Below are positions 49,646-61,790 of a DNA stretch of 64,000 nt, piece by piece; position 1 is the first letter of the stretch, and each line of letters starts with the position of its first letter. The DNA comes from Negaprion brevirostris (Eukaryota). Location of the stretch: assembly GCA_030324005.1 (NCBI GenBank), contig JARDVH010000163.1, positions 33,380,927 to 33,444,926 of the forward strand, in the 5' to 3' direction. A program made the position numbers and the translations under genes. Under the pieces are notes generated by a model that saw only the letters and a list, made by a program, of their open reading frames with translations, had not been told where the DNA came from and made no database searches.

Positions 49646-50104
49646 CTGCAGGATCCACTGCTGTGACATTTGATAGCAATTGATACAGATAAAATCAGAG
49701 AAAAGGTTGGTCCCACAATATGGAAAGGTTTTGTCTTGTCACAAAATATCCAACTGTCCTATAGTCTTTTTCTTCAAACTTTCTTCAGGATATTATGACA
49801 GATCATATAATCTCTCCCATTTCCATGAAAATACATTGAACAAAGAAATGTCGGGTTACAATTTATATCTGCTGGGAAGCTTCAAGAACTTTTTCATTTT
49901 TTTTCTAATAGATAATGCATTCAAGCTTACTTCAGTTCTATTTCTTTGTGACATGCCAAAGTTATCTATTGAGTTAAAATTGACTGTGAAAGTTAAGCTC
50001 AACTCCAAAATTAATATTGTTATGCTTATATTCAAGGACAGTAATTTTGTTCATAACATAAAGTGAACATATTCTGTACCTCCAGTGGAAATTGGTTTTG
50101 TTAA

Positions 50105-50550
50105 ATTTAATTTATGGGATGTATGGGATATTTATTTATGGGATATTTATGGGATAAATGCTGGGTCAGCATTTATTGATCATCTTCAATTGCTTTAAAG
50201 TAGGTAATGGTGAGCTTGTTTGCTGAACTGCTGCAGCCCTGATATGTAGATAACCTACAATGCTGTTAGGAAGGGAGTTCCATGATTTGGACCCAGTGAC
50301 AGTGAAAGAATAGTGATTAGGCTTGGAGGGGAGCTTCCAGATGGTGTTTCATGCATCTGTTGCTTTTGTCCTTCTAGATGGTAGCAGTCATAGGTTTAGA
50401 AGCCTCTGCCCAAGGAGCTTTGGTGAGTTCCTGTAGTCTGTCTTATAGTTGATACACACTACTGCATCTGTTTATCTGTTTTGAAGGGAGTGAATATTTG
50501 TGAAGAGGGTGCAAATCAAGCAGGCTGCTTTGTCCTGTACGATGTCAAAC
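50105..50550 (-). mobile_element. 3' end of a LINE sharing its tail with the bipartite SINEs
   Basis: atgggatg..cagcatttattgatcatc..aattgc matches the SINE tail. Upstream antisense ORF remnants (ggaagggagttcca = WNSLP; gctgctttgtcctg = QDKAA). Confidence 0.75.
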
Positions 50551-50680
50551 TTAAAAGCAAAATACTGCTGGAATCTGAAACAAAAACAGAAAATGCTGGA
50601 AAACCTCACTAGGTCTGACAGCATCTATGGGGTGAGAATAGAGCCAACACTTTGAGTCCAGATGATCCTTCATCAAAGCC
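50551..50680 (-). mobile_element. Half copy of palindromic Penelope-type element with decayed hammerhead core
   Basis: Homologous to the 15283 arm. The reverse strand reads tTGATGA-A-GGATC atctg GACTC-aaag. Confidence 0.7.
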
Positions 50681-53453
50681 CAAGGGGTACCCCCAACCTT
50701 GCACCTGCCCTGCCCAGAGGGCCTCGGTGGCCTCTGGTTCCACCAGCAAGGCCAACACGACAGGTTCCCCCCCATTCATGGGGAGCAGGTCTTTTCCTCG
50801 CCAGAGAGAATCTCTCCTGGCAAGGACATACAGGCAAGTGAGCCTGGACGATTGAGCTCACTAAACATGTGCAAATCAAATAAATCAATCAGCCTCTCAC
50901 CCATTTCTGGCAAGAGACTGACTGCACCGGAAATCTGGATATTGTAAAATCGCACTGATCGCAAAAACAGATACCCAATTTTATGATATTTCCCCACTGC
51001 ATAACTGATGTTAAATTTCATCCATTGTGCCTTCTAGAAGGTGGGCATTCTGAGCTTCTGAACTAATCTTGTAGCCCAGCTGAGACTGTTAAGGCGGTTT
51101 ATAGAGTAATCTCTAATGATAATCCTAATAATCAAAATCCATTATGCATGCCATTGTTGGGTAAGAATGGGCTCATTACATAAGGTCACAGCAAACTAAA
51201 ATATATTTGGATTTTCATGGAGTCCAGGAGACTCTGTGGATGTACAAAAATGATGGCCAGGACCAATTCTGGGATTCCCAACCCAACTGCAATACCCACA
51301 ATAGTCACCCGTTCATGTTAAGTGTTAAAGTTAAGAGTCTGCATCCTGCACTCCCAACACAGCTGATTCCATTGCAGATAAAGGCCTGTCCTCGTCATCT
51401 GCAACATTGTGGTTCATGGCATCTCAGAGGTGTCATGAATCATAGTATGGATGGGGGAACCTTTTGAATACTAAGTTCAAAACAGGCTACTAAGTTCAAA
51501 AGGTCTTAGCGATGACCCCCTGCCAAGCCATGTCTCTCTAATCCATTCCCAACAACTCTTCATACCAAGCTATAGCACTTTCATGCCAATTCATGCGCCA
51601 TACCCTCTCTACAGAATCTATGAGCACTATATTAACAAAAGGATGAGTGAAAAAACTTTCAAAGAGTCATTAATAACATAGTTCTCTTCAAAAAAAATCT
51701 CTTTTCTCTACAGCCCACTGGAATTGTCTATTATCTAGATCCTTTAAAGTATCAATAGCTGAAGCTGCAAGCGTTCAATATCTCTTTATTTTGCATAAAT
51801 ACACTTTGTGCAATTGTCAGAATAGACCTGAGAGCAAGAGCTGTTAATTACTCAATGTTTCAACAATCTAATGGATATGTGAACTCTAATCCTAGCCTCA
51901 TTATGTGTTCTATGGTGAAATTTTGTTTTTTTTAAAGAAAGAAAGAAATGAATGACCGCTTTAAAGCGTTTTCATACATCCTATTATTACAATGGGATTA
52001 ATTGGTTCTTTATAGAATGTATCATGGGTGAACGGGCATGCACATGTATGAGGTGGGTGGGTGGTGTAACTTACCATGGCAGGTAGGACGGGTGATGGGG
52101 ATTGGGACTTGAGGTGGCATGCACTGGTTGGGGTGAAGGCTAGAGCACTGCTATTTGGTTTGCTGTCATTATTACAAATGGGACAAAGTCCCAGTGCACT
52201 AAGGCAAACCTTTTAAACTGCCTATCTTGGCACTTGGCAGCCCCTACGGCTGCCTCCAAACTCTTTCTAGAGGCAACAGACCTCACTCCTGTTTTTGTGA
52301 GTTAGAGACCAAGAGATAGAAGTAGCCAGTGAAGGAAACCTAAACATTCCTGTACATTGCATCTTCATACTCTGTATGTGTTACAAATTCATTTTGTGTA
52401 TATTTTGTGCAAGATCCTTATAGATGAAATGTATTTCCCTCCCCTGTACCCAAACCAACCCAAATCTCAGAGTTAAAATGAACCTACTGATCTGAAGCTT
52501 TATTTATCCTCTTTCATGATAAATGGGGTTTACATGAACAATTCATCATCATCTTGCCCTGAAGAAGCAATTTTGCTTTGTTATATTTAGGTATAGGAAA
52601 TCAATTCTCGTTGAGATTCCTTTGGCTACCTTAGGCTTAATTTTTTTTTAAATTGGATAGCTATACCAATTACTATATTTCACTGTGGTGGATCTCTTTA
52701 AATTGTATTAATTTGTAAACCTATTTTACCATCAAAAATGATTTTTGTATACTAGTAAAACTAATTTCTCAATATCCCTGTAACCAAGTAAAATAAAATC
52801 TTGTTGGTACACAAATTGAAATTATTCTTGACAAATGTTGTGTTACACAAATGAATACTTGTAGATTGTTTATGAAGCCTTTAATTTAAGAGACATGGAA
52901 GAAATATTATTTGAGGCACTCAGTGAATATTGCTTGTGAACATGGTTCAGACTGCATTTGAAAGAAAGGCAGAATTCTTTAGAAGTAAGACAACGATTCA
53001 TGTGTATTTCTGCTCTGCAGAATGGTGGTGACATTGCTGAAATAAAAGATTTAAAGATGCCTGTAAATTATAGATTAAAGATTTATGATTGAATGTACAC
53101 TGCATTTCAGACGCTCTGCTTTTCCAACCTGGGTGCCTATCATTGCTGTTTCAATGCAATTATTAGTGAGTGTTGAGGGCTTATCTGGTGGACATGTTTG
53201 AAGCTGCATTTTATTCACTAGATTTGTTCCCGTTACTGGTCTTAGTGAGCCAAATCATTCAGCTGCCTATGCAATTTAGTGAGCACAAACTAACTAAAGG
53301 CAAGTGCCACTTCAAAACAGGATCAAGAAAAATCAATCATATTTTTCATTGCATTTTTTAAAATCAAACTATCAAAGGCTACCATTTATTTGTGGCAATA
53401 TTCTACCAAAACAGACTTATTTTTCGATCAATAAATCTAAAGAAAATACCAAC

Positions 53454-53589
53454 CTGTAGCAAATCCATGTTTAAATGTGATTATGGACCCTCGAGGTGCA
53501 AGTGTTCTTGTAACTGAAGTACGAGCTTTTCTTGCAAGGCTGCTCTTTATCTTTTTGACAAGTTCCTCTTGAACAAGCACAGAAAGCAT
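53454..53589 (-). CDS. Candidate exon MLSVLVQEELVKKIKSSLARKARTSVTRTLAPRGSIITFKHGFAT
   Basis: Open from the ATG at 53589, or from acceptor tgcttgttcaag| giving a 114-nt phase 1-1 exon at 53454-53567, to donor CAG|gttggt. Protein not recognised. Confidence 0.25.
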
Positions 53590-53719
53590 TATTGCTCAAA
53601 CATATCCTTGAAACAGTCAGACTTTCTTCAAAAGTTAATAGAACTTTTTTTTTCATCTTTCTCATCAAAGAACGAGCTACCTTTCAGCGAGCAGGGTCAC
53701 CTTTGTCTTGGTCGGGCTT

Positions 53720-53824
53720 CATAAATCAATCATAATCCCCAATAACTGATTTAAATCCCTACCACTGACCTGTTGCCATGACAATTAATTATCCTGTACC
53801 CATCCAGGCAAATCCTTCTGACAG
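53720..53824. promoter_or_regulatory. Motif cluster: Pbx-Hox, RFX X-box-like, Meis
   Basis: TGATTGATTTATG (reverse strand, 53720-53732), GTTGCCATGACAA (53772-53784), TAATTA, TGACAG (53819-53824). Confidence 0.35.
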
Positions 53825-54251
53825 CAAAATGAATGGAATATTGTGCTTTCCCTGGGTCCTTCTGAACCTCAGTCTTCGCCCACCTTCCTTCTTGATTTCT
53901 AATTGATGTCATCAAATATCTCACCCAACACTGACAGGTATATTATACAGACTTATGATACTGCTTTATGTGTTCTTGGTGCTGAAGCTGGTTTCATCAA
54001 TGTTGCGCTTATGGATAATTGATCGTGCACTCTAGTCTTGTTGAAATGTTCAAGGTTATTTGAAAGATTAAGAAGCTTCCATTACTATGAGGATCAGATA
54101 AACACTAGTTTCAGCATTAGTCTGCAAGTTGCACTCCAAGAATTTGTAGTCAAGCATTTCAAAACCCATGACATATTTATATTTGTTAAGATTTTTCAGT
54201 ATAGGAGATTTTTCAAAGAAAAAGAATTGCTGTGGAACATTGAGCATTGGA

Positions 54252-54726
54252 GGCAGCAGGGTAGCACAGTGGCACAATGGTTAATACTGCTCTCTCACAG
54301 CGTCAGGGACCCAGGTTCGATTCCTGCTGGGGTCACTGACTGTATGGAGTTTGCACGTTCTCCCCGTGCCTGCATGGGTTTCCTCTGGGTGCTTTGGTTT
54401 CCTTCCACAGTCCAAAGATGGTTAGGTGTATTGGCCATGCTAAATTCTCCCTCAATGTACCCGAATAGGCAACAGAGTGTAGCAATTCGGGGATTTTCAC
54501 AGTAACTTNNNNNNNNNNNNNNNNNNNNNNNNNNNNNNNNNNNNNNNNNNNNNNNNNNNNNNNNNNNNNNNNNNNNNNNNNNNNNNNNNNNNNNNNNNNN
54601 NNNNNNNNCCGAATAGGCAACAGAGTGGAGCAATTCGGGGATTTTCACAGTAACTTCACTGCAGTGTGAATGGAAGCCTACCTGTGACTAATAAATAAAT
54701 AAACTTTTATTTATAATAAATAAAAA
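54252..54726 (+). mobile_element. HE1-like V-SINE, tail type B (gap with overlap duplication)
   Basis: B box ggttcgattcc, V-domain and tail B. Confidence 0.9.
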
Positions 54727-56170
54727 GTGGTGTTGTGGTAATGCCACTGGACAATTCTCTGCACATATTGATTGAAATCTCACCATGGCAGCTGGTGGAA
54801 TTTGAATTCAAATAATAAATCTGGAATTAAAAACTAGGCTTATTAATGATGACTACTGTCGATCGTTATAAAATCCTACCTGGTTCACGAATGTTCTTTA
54901 GGGAAGGTATTCTGCTGTCCTTACCTGGTCTGGCCTGCAACCAACCCTAGACCTATAGTTGTATGGTTCACACTTAACTGCTGTCTGAATTGGTGTGGGG
55001 AAATACTCAGTTGTATCAAACCACTATGAAGTCAGCCAGACTGTGACAACTAGGGAATTTTCATTACAGTGCTAATGTAAGCCTACTTGTAACATTAATA
55101 AATAAACTAAAACTTAAAATCTGAAAGAGAATGAAACCAGATGGACCATCCCGCATTGGCAACGATGATAACACACCCAACCATGTTAGCCCTACAAAGT
55201 CTGCCTTACTAATGTTTCAAGGCTTGTGCCAAACTTGGTAAAGTTGTCCCTCAGCATAGTCAAGCCTAGCACGGTCACATTAACTAAATCATACCTTCCA
55301 AACATGTCCCAGCCACTCCCGTCTCCAATTCTGGGTTTGTCCAGCTGATGGGGCAAGCCAAACCCACCAGAGATGGCAGCATTGTGGAATACAGTCATGG
55401 AGGAGTTGCACTTGGTGTCCTAAAAATTGACTGTAGATTCCAGGAAGCCCCGTGGCATCAGGTCAAACATGGGCAGGGAAATCTTGTGCTGATGACTGCC
55501 AACTACATCACTGCCCCACATGCTGAAATATTGAAAGACACATTTTGCGTAGTAAAAGCACAGATGCTTGCTGGGAAGGGGAATTAAATGTCTGTTATCA
55601 ATAGTGGCTTGATAATGCCACTACTGACTGAGCTGGCCAAGTCCTAAAGGACATAGCTTTCAGAGTGAGTCTGCAACAAGTGATAAGGGAGCCAACAAGA
55701 GGAAAAACTGACTTGAACTTGTCCTCATCAAGCTACCTGTCACAACTGAATCTATCCATGATAGTACTCGTAGGAGTGACCACGACACTTTCCTAATAGA
55801 GATGAAGACCAGCCTTCACATGAGGATACCTTCTCTCATATTACGTGGCACTGTCAATGTACTAGATGGGATAGATTTCAAATAGATCTAGCAATTTAAA
55901 ATTAGGCATCTATTAGGAGCTTTGGACCATCAGCAGCAGCAGCAGAATTGTGTGCAACAATCGATAGCTTACAGCCAGGCATATCCCCATGTTATCATTA
56001 TCATTAAGCCAGGGGAGCAACTCTAGTTCAAGAAGAGTACAGGACTACATGCCAGTAACAGAACCAGGCACACCACACAGGACTACTTCCATGCCAAACA
56101 GCAGAAGCAGCATGCGACTGACAGAGATAAGTGATCCCACAACCAATGGATTGGCTATTAAAGGATCAGC
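54727..56170 (+). mobile_element. 5' part of a LINE: SINE-like leader followed by APE endonuclease ORF remnants
   Basis: Leader 54727-55010 is homologous to the bipartite SINEs. Then KVCLTNVSRLVPNL..LTKSYL, PTRDGSIVEY, WHQVKHGQGNL, GELNV (GDFN-like), LELVL and RSDH. Confidence 0.8.
55036..55115 (+). mobile_element. V-SINE tail B fragment inserted in the LINE
   Basis: tgtgacaactagggaattttca..aatgtaagcctacttgtaacattaataaa. Confidence 0.8.
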
Positions 56171-56379
56171 TATCTTTGATGTGGGGTTTTGGATACAAAT
56201 CTATTAGTTTTGAAAAGGGATTAGGTACTTGGGGTGATTTTAAAGTTTTGAATGGGTTTTCATGAACGGATTTTTTTTTATTAAAGTGAATGTTGTAATA
56301 GATATTCAGATCTTTATTTTGTTTCTTCTCAGCATAGTTCCTGAAATCTGCCGATGGCATATACTAGGTGAGTTGGTGA

Positions 56380-56619
56380 GGTGAATGTATAAGGTGCAGA
56401 GATGGGACATGGGCAGTGATGAGCGAATGCTCGAGGACCTAATATTTAGTAAACCAACAGGGACAAAATCTCAGATAACCGAGGCTGGCCTTTGAAACAG
56501 CCGGTCTGACACTCAGAAGCCCTTCTGGCGACCTCTGACCTGCATCCTGGGGTGGCAGCACCAACTCCACCCCACACTCGACCACCACCACACCACAACC
56601 CCAGGGTGAAAATCACGCC
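56380..56619. mobile_element. End of Harbinger-like non-autonomous element
   Basis: GC-rich block ending ..gggtgaaaatcacgcc. Confidence 0.4.
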
Positions 56620-57475
56620 ATTTGAAGCACATTCTCCCCTCACCCTTGACTTTTTTGCCAATTTTCTACTCACCTCAAAAGTGAAAGTATGGCTAATTGT
56701 GTTAGCGTGGCTTAGTTTGGCAATCTTTATTTTGCTTAGAATATCCTGAATTCAGACACATCTCCAGAATATTTTGTAACACATATACTGTTTGTTTATT
56801 GGGCACAATAGAACACAATATTTGCCGTCCACAATCCATTGCACTTAAGCAAAAAAATCAAGCAATTCAAGTAAATCCCACAGCTCTTTTGTCTTGATGG
56901 CAGCCTCCATGGGGAAGTTGATGAAATCTTACCTCTTAGCATCTGTGACCTGTTTGATGAAACTGTGCACTCCATGCTATAGCACCCCAGTGATTCTCAA
57001 TGTTTATGCCCCGAGTCACTTCTTCAACAGACACATGCACTGCTGTGCAGGCTCTTTCNNNNNNNNNNNNNNNNNNNNNNNNNNNNNNNNNNNNNNNNNN
57101 NNNNNNNNNNNNNNNNNNNNNNNNNNNNNNNNNNNNNNNNNNNNNNNNNNNNNNNNNNNNNNNNNNNNNNNNNNNNNNNNNNNNNNNNNNNNNNNNNNNN
57201 NNNNNNNNNNNNNNNNNNNNNNNNNNNNNNNNNNNNNNNNNNNNNCATCTCCTTTTAGGTAGTCATTAGAATTGGGCAAAAGATGCCCAATCCAATTTGA
57301 CATCAACAAATCTAAAGTAGAGTGAAAGAAATATGTTTTCATATATTTCCCATTATCAACCACAGCATCTGGGAAAACATGATTTAGATACGCGTAACGA
57401 GTTAGCTGTTTTCACTGTTGTAGAGCATTTGAGATTAGAAAAATGAAAGTAGATTCTGGCTTACAATAAAACAAT

Positions 57476-57489
57476 GTTATCATGGCAAC
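57476..57489 (-). promoter_or_regulatory. Consensus RFX X-box
   Basis: GTTGCCATGATAAC on the reverse strand, in repeat-free sequence. Function untested. Confidence 0.3.
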
Positions 57490-58054
57490 TCTCTTTATGT
57501 CCCCATACACTTGATCAAGAATGCTGCAGCACTAGGGTTGATTACTGCACCTTGTAATTTTCCTTCTTGCTCGCATTTCCCTCAGACTTTGATCTTTCAC
57601 TTTACAATGAACTTTTTTCATGAAGCCATTAAATGGGAGTTAGCATCTCAGTATTAAATTTCCATTCAGAATGCACATTCTCTTATATAAAATATCCACT
57701 GTTATATATTGCACATAATACACCTTCTCAAGCAGAACATGAAAAGCATATGGGAATCAAACCACGGCATATACTTTCAATTTTGCTGTCTGGGAGTATA
57801 GCTGGCATTGAGGATCAGCTGCTCATGATGGAAACTACTTGGATTATCAATTCTAAATATGAGGAGAATAAAGCTACATTCTATAATGCAAAACCAACTC
57901 GCAATGCTGGTTTTGTGCCCAGATGGCAATTAGAAAATCTACCCACAAATTGCAAAGAAAACGATTATTTTCCCATACTGGATATACAGATAGCTATTGT
58001 ATGTTGGAAATGTTACAGTTCTTTTGTAGTTAGAGACTACTCCATTCTAGATTA

Positions 58055-58395
58055 TAGATTGATTTCAAAAGGAGATTAGGCTTCACCAGCCTTCTTGAAT
58101 TCTTTGAAGAAATAACAAATGTACATGGGTAATGTGGTAGATTTAATCTATTTGGATTTTTAAAAGGTCTTTGTTGAGGTAACCCATAATAAACCCATGA
58201 CTAAAGGTCAGAACATGTGGAGTCAGTGGAAAAGTGGCAGAATGATAGCAAATTGGTTACAAAACAGAAGTCGAGATTGGGGATTAAGGGCAACAATACA
58301 AACAAGGTTGGAAGTGGAGTTCCACAGGGACGAAGCATGTGTCGAGAAAAATGGTAGCATGTGCCAGTTAGGCTGAATGGCTTATTTCTGTGAGT
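58055..58395 (+). mobile_element. Internally deleted old CR1
   Basis: LLEFFEEIT..VDLIYLDF*KVF..SGVPQG joined almost directly to the tail ggctgaatggcttatttctgtg. Confidence 0.75.
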
Positions 58396-60619
58396 CAGAC
58401 TTGATGTCAATTAATGTTCAAGATCGGTAGCACGTTTAGAATATACAGTATTCTTATATTGTAATTCTATTGGAATTGGTATTAAGATTCAAACACAGTT
58501 AAGTATATATATAGTTTTCTTACCTACACAAAGGACTTGCTAATATGATCTTAGATGCGTTTAGCAATGCTATGTCCTAGCTAACAACTAAATTCTTATT
58601 AGCATTTGATGCTTAGAGCACATAGTAAACTAATCCACAAGCATGTATGACACTTAAAATTTACACACTTACTGTACATCAGGTTCATTAATAATGTGTT
58701 CATAGTGACCTAGCAAAGTTTCTTTCGAACATAAAGTGCATACTGTGTAGGAAACCCCATTGCTTTAGTTGGATCCTCACTCTTAATGGTACATTTCAGT
58801 TCTACAGCATATTGCATTCAGTGCTCCCTGTGCTATATTGATATAAAGGGAAAACAAGTCACTGATATTCTAGTTTACAGAAAGCTATTAAATCCGCTCT
58901 ACATTTGTTTTCTATGCTCAGTTGTCCAGAAAATGGTCAGTATGTGTTTCATTTAGAGGAACAATAGGAATTCCTTTGCACATACTTCTTGATTTGCAAA
59001 TTGTAGGGGAAGGAGAGGAGGAACAGAATCAAAAAGTAGCATTCAAGGAAGGTGATTTTGTACCTGATGATGATCACTGAGCTTCCACATTGTGGATATA
59101 GACCCAAACATTCACATCTGATGATGACACACAAATGATAAAGATCTATTCTTGCTCAGAGCTGCTTCAATAACAGGGATGGCTCTGTGCATCTTGAGCT
59201 TTTATGCAATCAGGTTATTTTAAGCAATAGTGGCAGACTGCTATTAACAAATCAACTAGCTTGAGATTTACATTTGTATCATGTACTTCAGATACCTTGT
59301 TTTCCTAGATATCTCAATTTTCTTGCCTGTCTTTTCCAAGCAATTGAAGGAGTATGCATGCAACAGATACAGAGGTGCAGTCATCACCATAATGATAATT
59401 TCATAATTAATTATTAAACTCCTAGTTCCAACTATCGCACTTGTATTTCAGCATAGTGGAAGTCAATTGCCAGAAGTAAGCGAGCAAATGCTTTATGGGA
59501 CCAACTGACACTACTGAAACTGTAAATGGCTGCACAAACTCACAAGAGTAGCATATGGTAGCATAATGCTACACTAAGTGGATAAGGGAATAGGATTCTT
59601 ACAGGTGAATCCTTTCTAATCCAGAATGTGAATAGCTCAACAAGGGAAGAATTTCTGTTAGACCTAGTCATGGAAATGAACCAGAACAGATAAATAAGGG
59701 AAAATCGAGATAATCGTGACTTTAATATAAAGATAATAGTTGAGAAGAACATACGTATGACAAAAAAATCCAATGAATTTGTTAAAAGGTGATTTTTAGC
59801 AGCAAAGATCGGAACTTGGGAAAATAAAATGGGCACAAATATTGGAAAAAACAATGTACAAAAATAATACAAAACGTTTTAAATGTGTTCAATAGGTTGG
59901 AAAAAAAATACATTCCACTGAATGGCAACAACAAATGAAATACTAATAGACCGTGGCAAGACCGGAAGATCTCTCCCTCAGTGAATGGCACACTGCTGCC
60001 CATCATGAGAAACGTGTGATAGGCAAATCAGTGAACACTCTGCCCCTTTATATGTTAATGGATCACTTATATTCCCATTTATTAGTACAGTACCATTCAT
60101 AATTATTCCACATCCAGCAATTTAAAGTTGTTTGAACCATGAGTGTGTTCGGCTCATGGATCATGGTATATTGCACTCGTCACTACAAAACATCAGGGAA
60201 TGTGGCCAAAACCCTGAGGCTGAAATTTTAATACTATCAGACACAATTCTCCTGCTTCATCTATTTCGAAATTCTCACTGCTTTAATTCGGATAAATAAA
60301 GATGATTCAGTCAAATATTTAAAGACAAATGTTCAGGCCCTGTAGGGTCAAGAGAACAGTGATAGCAGTAAATAAAATGCAATTGTACTGCCGTGAAAAT
60401 GGTGACTATTTTTCTTAGATTTGAAAAGACATGACCGCACAGAAACTTCATGCATAGAGAATACAGGAAAAAAATAATTTTGGAAACCAAGATGTATATG
60501 CAGAAACCTTTAGGTCATATAGATAAATGGTGGTTGTCAACTGCTGATACATTGTACATGTAAGCTAGACTGAATGACTGTAGTAAATACTAGTTATCAA
60601 ATTCTTCACTGACACTTAC

Positions 60620-60646
60620 CTGTACTTAAGTTTCAACAAATACTTC
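60620..60646 (-). CDS. Candidate 27-nt symmetric micro-exon (KYLLKLKY)
   Basis: Acceptor ttctcactatccag|, consensus donor CAG|gtaagt, one open frame (phase 2-2). Confidence 0.2.
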
Positions 60647-60724
60647 CTGGATAGTGAGAACAACCACTCCCCTTTGCTCCAGTGTACTGTCATTGTTTTA
60701 CTGTCAGTTGAAGTTGTTACGTGA

Positions 60725-61030
60725 GTTTTTTTTATTCAGTTGTGGGACATGACCAGCATTTATTGCTCATCCCTAGTTGTCCAAGGGCAGTTGAGAGTCT
60801 GCTGTGGACACATTGCTGTGGATCTGGAGTCACGTATAGGCTAGACTAGATAAGGATAGCAGGTTTCCTTCCCTAAAGGACATTTGTGAACCAGATAGGC
60901 TTTTCCAACAATTGATAATGGTTTCATAGTCATGCATAGATTCTTATTTTCAGATATGTTTTATTGAATTCAAATTTCACCACCTGCCTTGACAGGATTC
61001 GAACCCAGGTCCCCAGAACATTAGTTGAGT
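60725..61030 (-). mobile_element. Bipartite SINE-like element
   Basis: gcatttattgctcatccctagttg..ttccttccctaaaggaca..ggattcgaacccaggtccccagaacattag. Confidence 0.88.
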
Positions 61031-61454
61031 TATCAAGTTCTGTGTAGGAATTATATACATAGTGGCTATAGCCCAAACAAAACACTAATTAATATAGACT
61101 TTTGAAATAATGAACCAAAAATAAAAGCGCTTTTTACAGTGACCAGATTTCATCAGTTTAACAGTTTCTTCAGTATAGATGCATTGGGATCAGTTGTCAA
61201 GCTTTAGGTTAATTGTTCCAAGATCAGCTATTGAAATGTTTAAATATTGGAGCACAATCTGCTGTAGGATCTAACAGTCTGCCATTTGACTATTCTCTGT
61301 ACCCTACAGCTGAAAACAATTTTGGTCACAAAGCTGCTCAATGTGTGAGTTAGTAACATTGCAATGAAGGAATCAGGGCAGTTGGAAACTGAATGAATCA
61401 AGTAACCAATATGATATATTCTTCACCAGTGTTATTAAAATACTTATTTAAAAA

Positions 61455-61790
61455 AATTCATTCATAGGCATCGCTGGCTGGTCAGCGTTTATTACTCATG
61501 GGCAGTTGAGAGTCAACCACTTTGCTGTGGCTCTAGAGTCACACGTAGGCTAGACCAGGTAAGGATGGCAGATTTCCTTCCCTTAAGGACATTAGTGAAG
61601 TAAATGAGTTTTTGTTTTCAAACAAATGGTAATAATTTCATGGTCATCAGTAGATACTTAATTCCAGATACTTTTTATTGAATTCAGATTCCACCAGCTG
61701 CTATGACAGGATTTGAACCCTCATCTCCAGAACATTAGTTGAACTTCTGGATTAGTCATCCAGTAATAATACCACTTGGCCATTGCCTAC
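61455..61790 (-). mobile_element. Bipartite SINE-like element, full length with Pol III boxes
   Basis: Reverse strand: A box TGGCCAAGTGG, B box GGTTCAAATCC, then core and tail. Confidence 0.88.

Noticed and set aside
49680-50066. 128-aa ORF (and the 148-aa ORF at 57633-58079)
   Set aside because: AT-rich composition, no recognisable domain or splice support; the latter runs into a CR1 remnant.
53454-53589. Superficial similarity of QEEL..ARTS to the GTDC1 N-terminus
   Set aside because: Spacing and the conserved WHWR motif do not match; no gene symbol assigned.
54460-54656. Duplicated SINE tail on both sides of a gap
   Set aside because: Same overlap artefact (one mismatch, possibly two haplotypes); not a real tandem repeat.
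59062-59126. ATGATGA ... CTGA resembling a C/D box snoRNA
   Set aside because: Short spacing, no terminal stem and no recognisable rRNA guide; better explained as a repeated ctgatgatga word.
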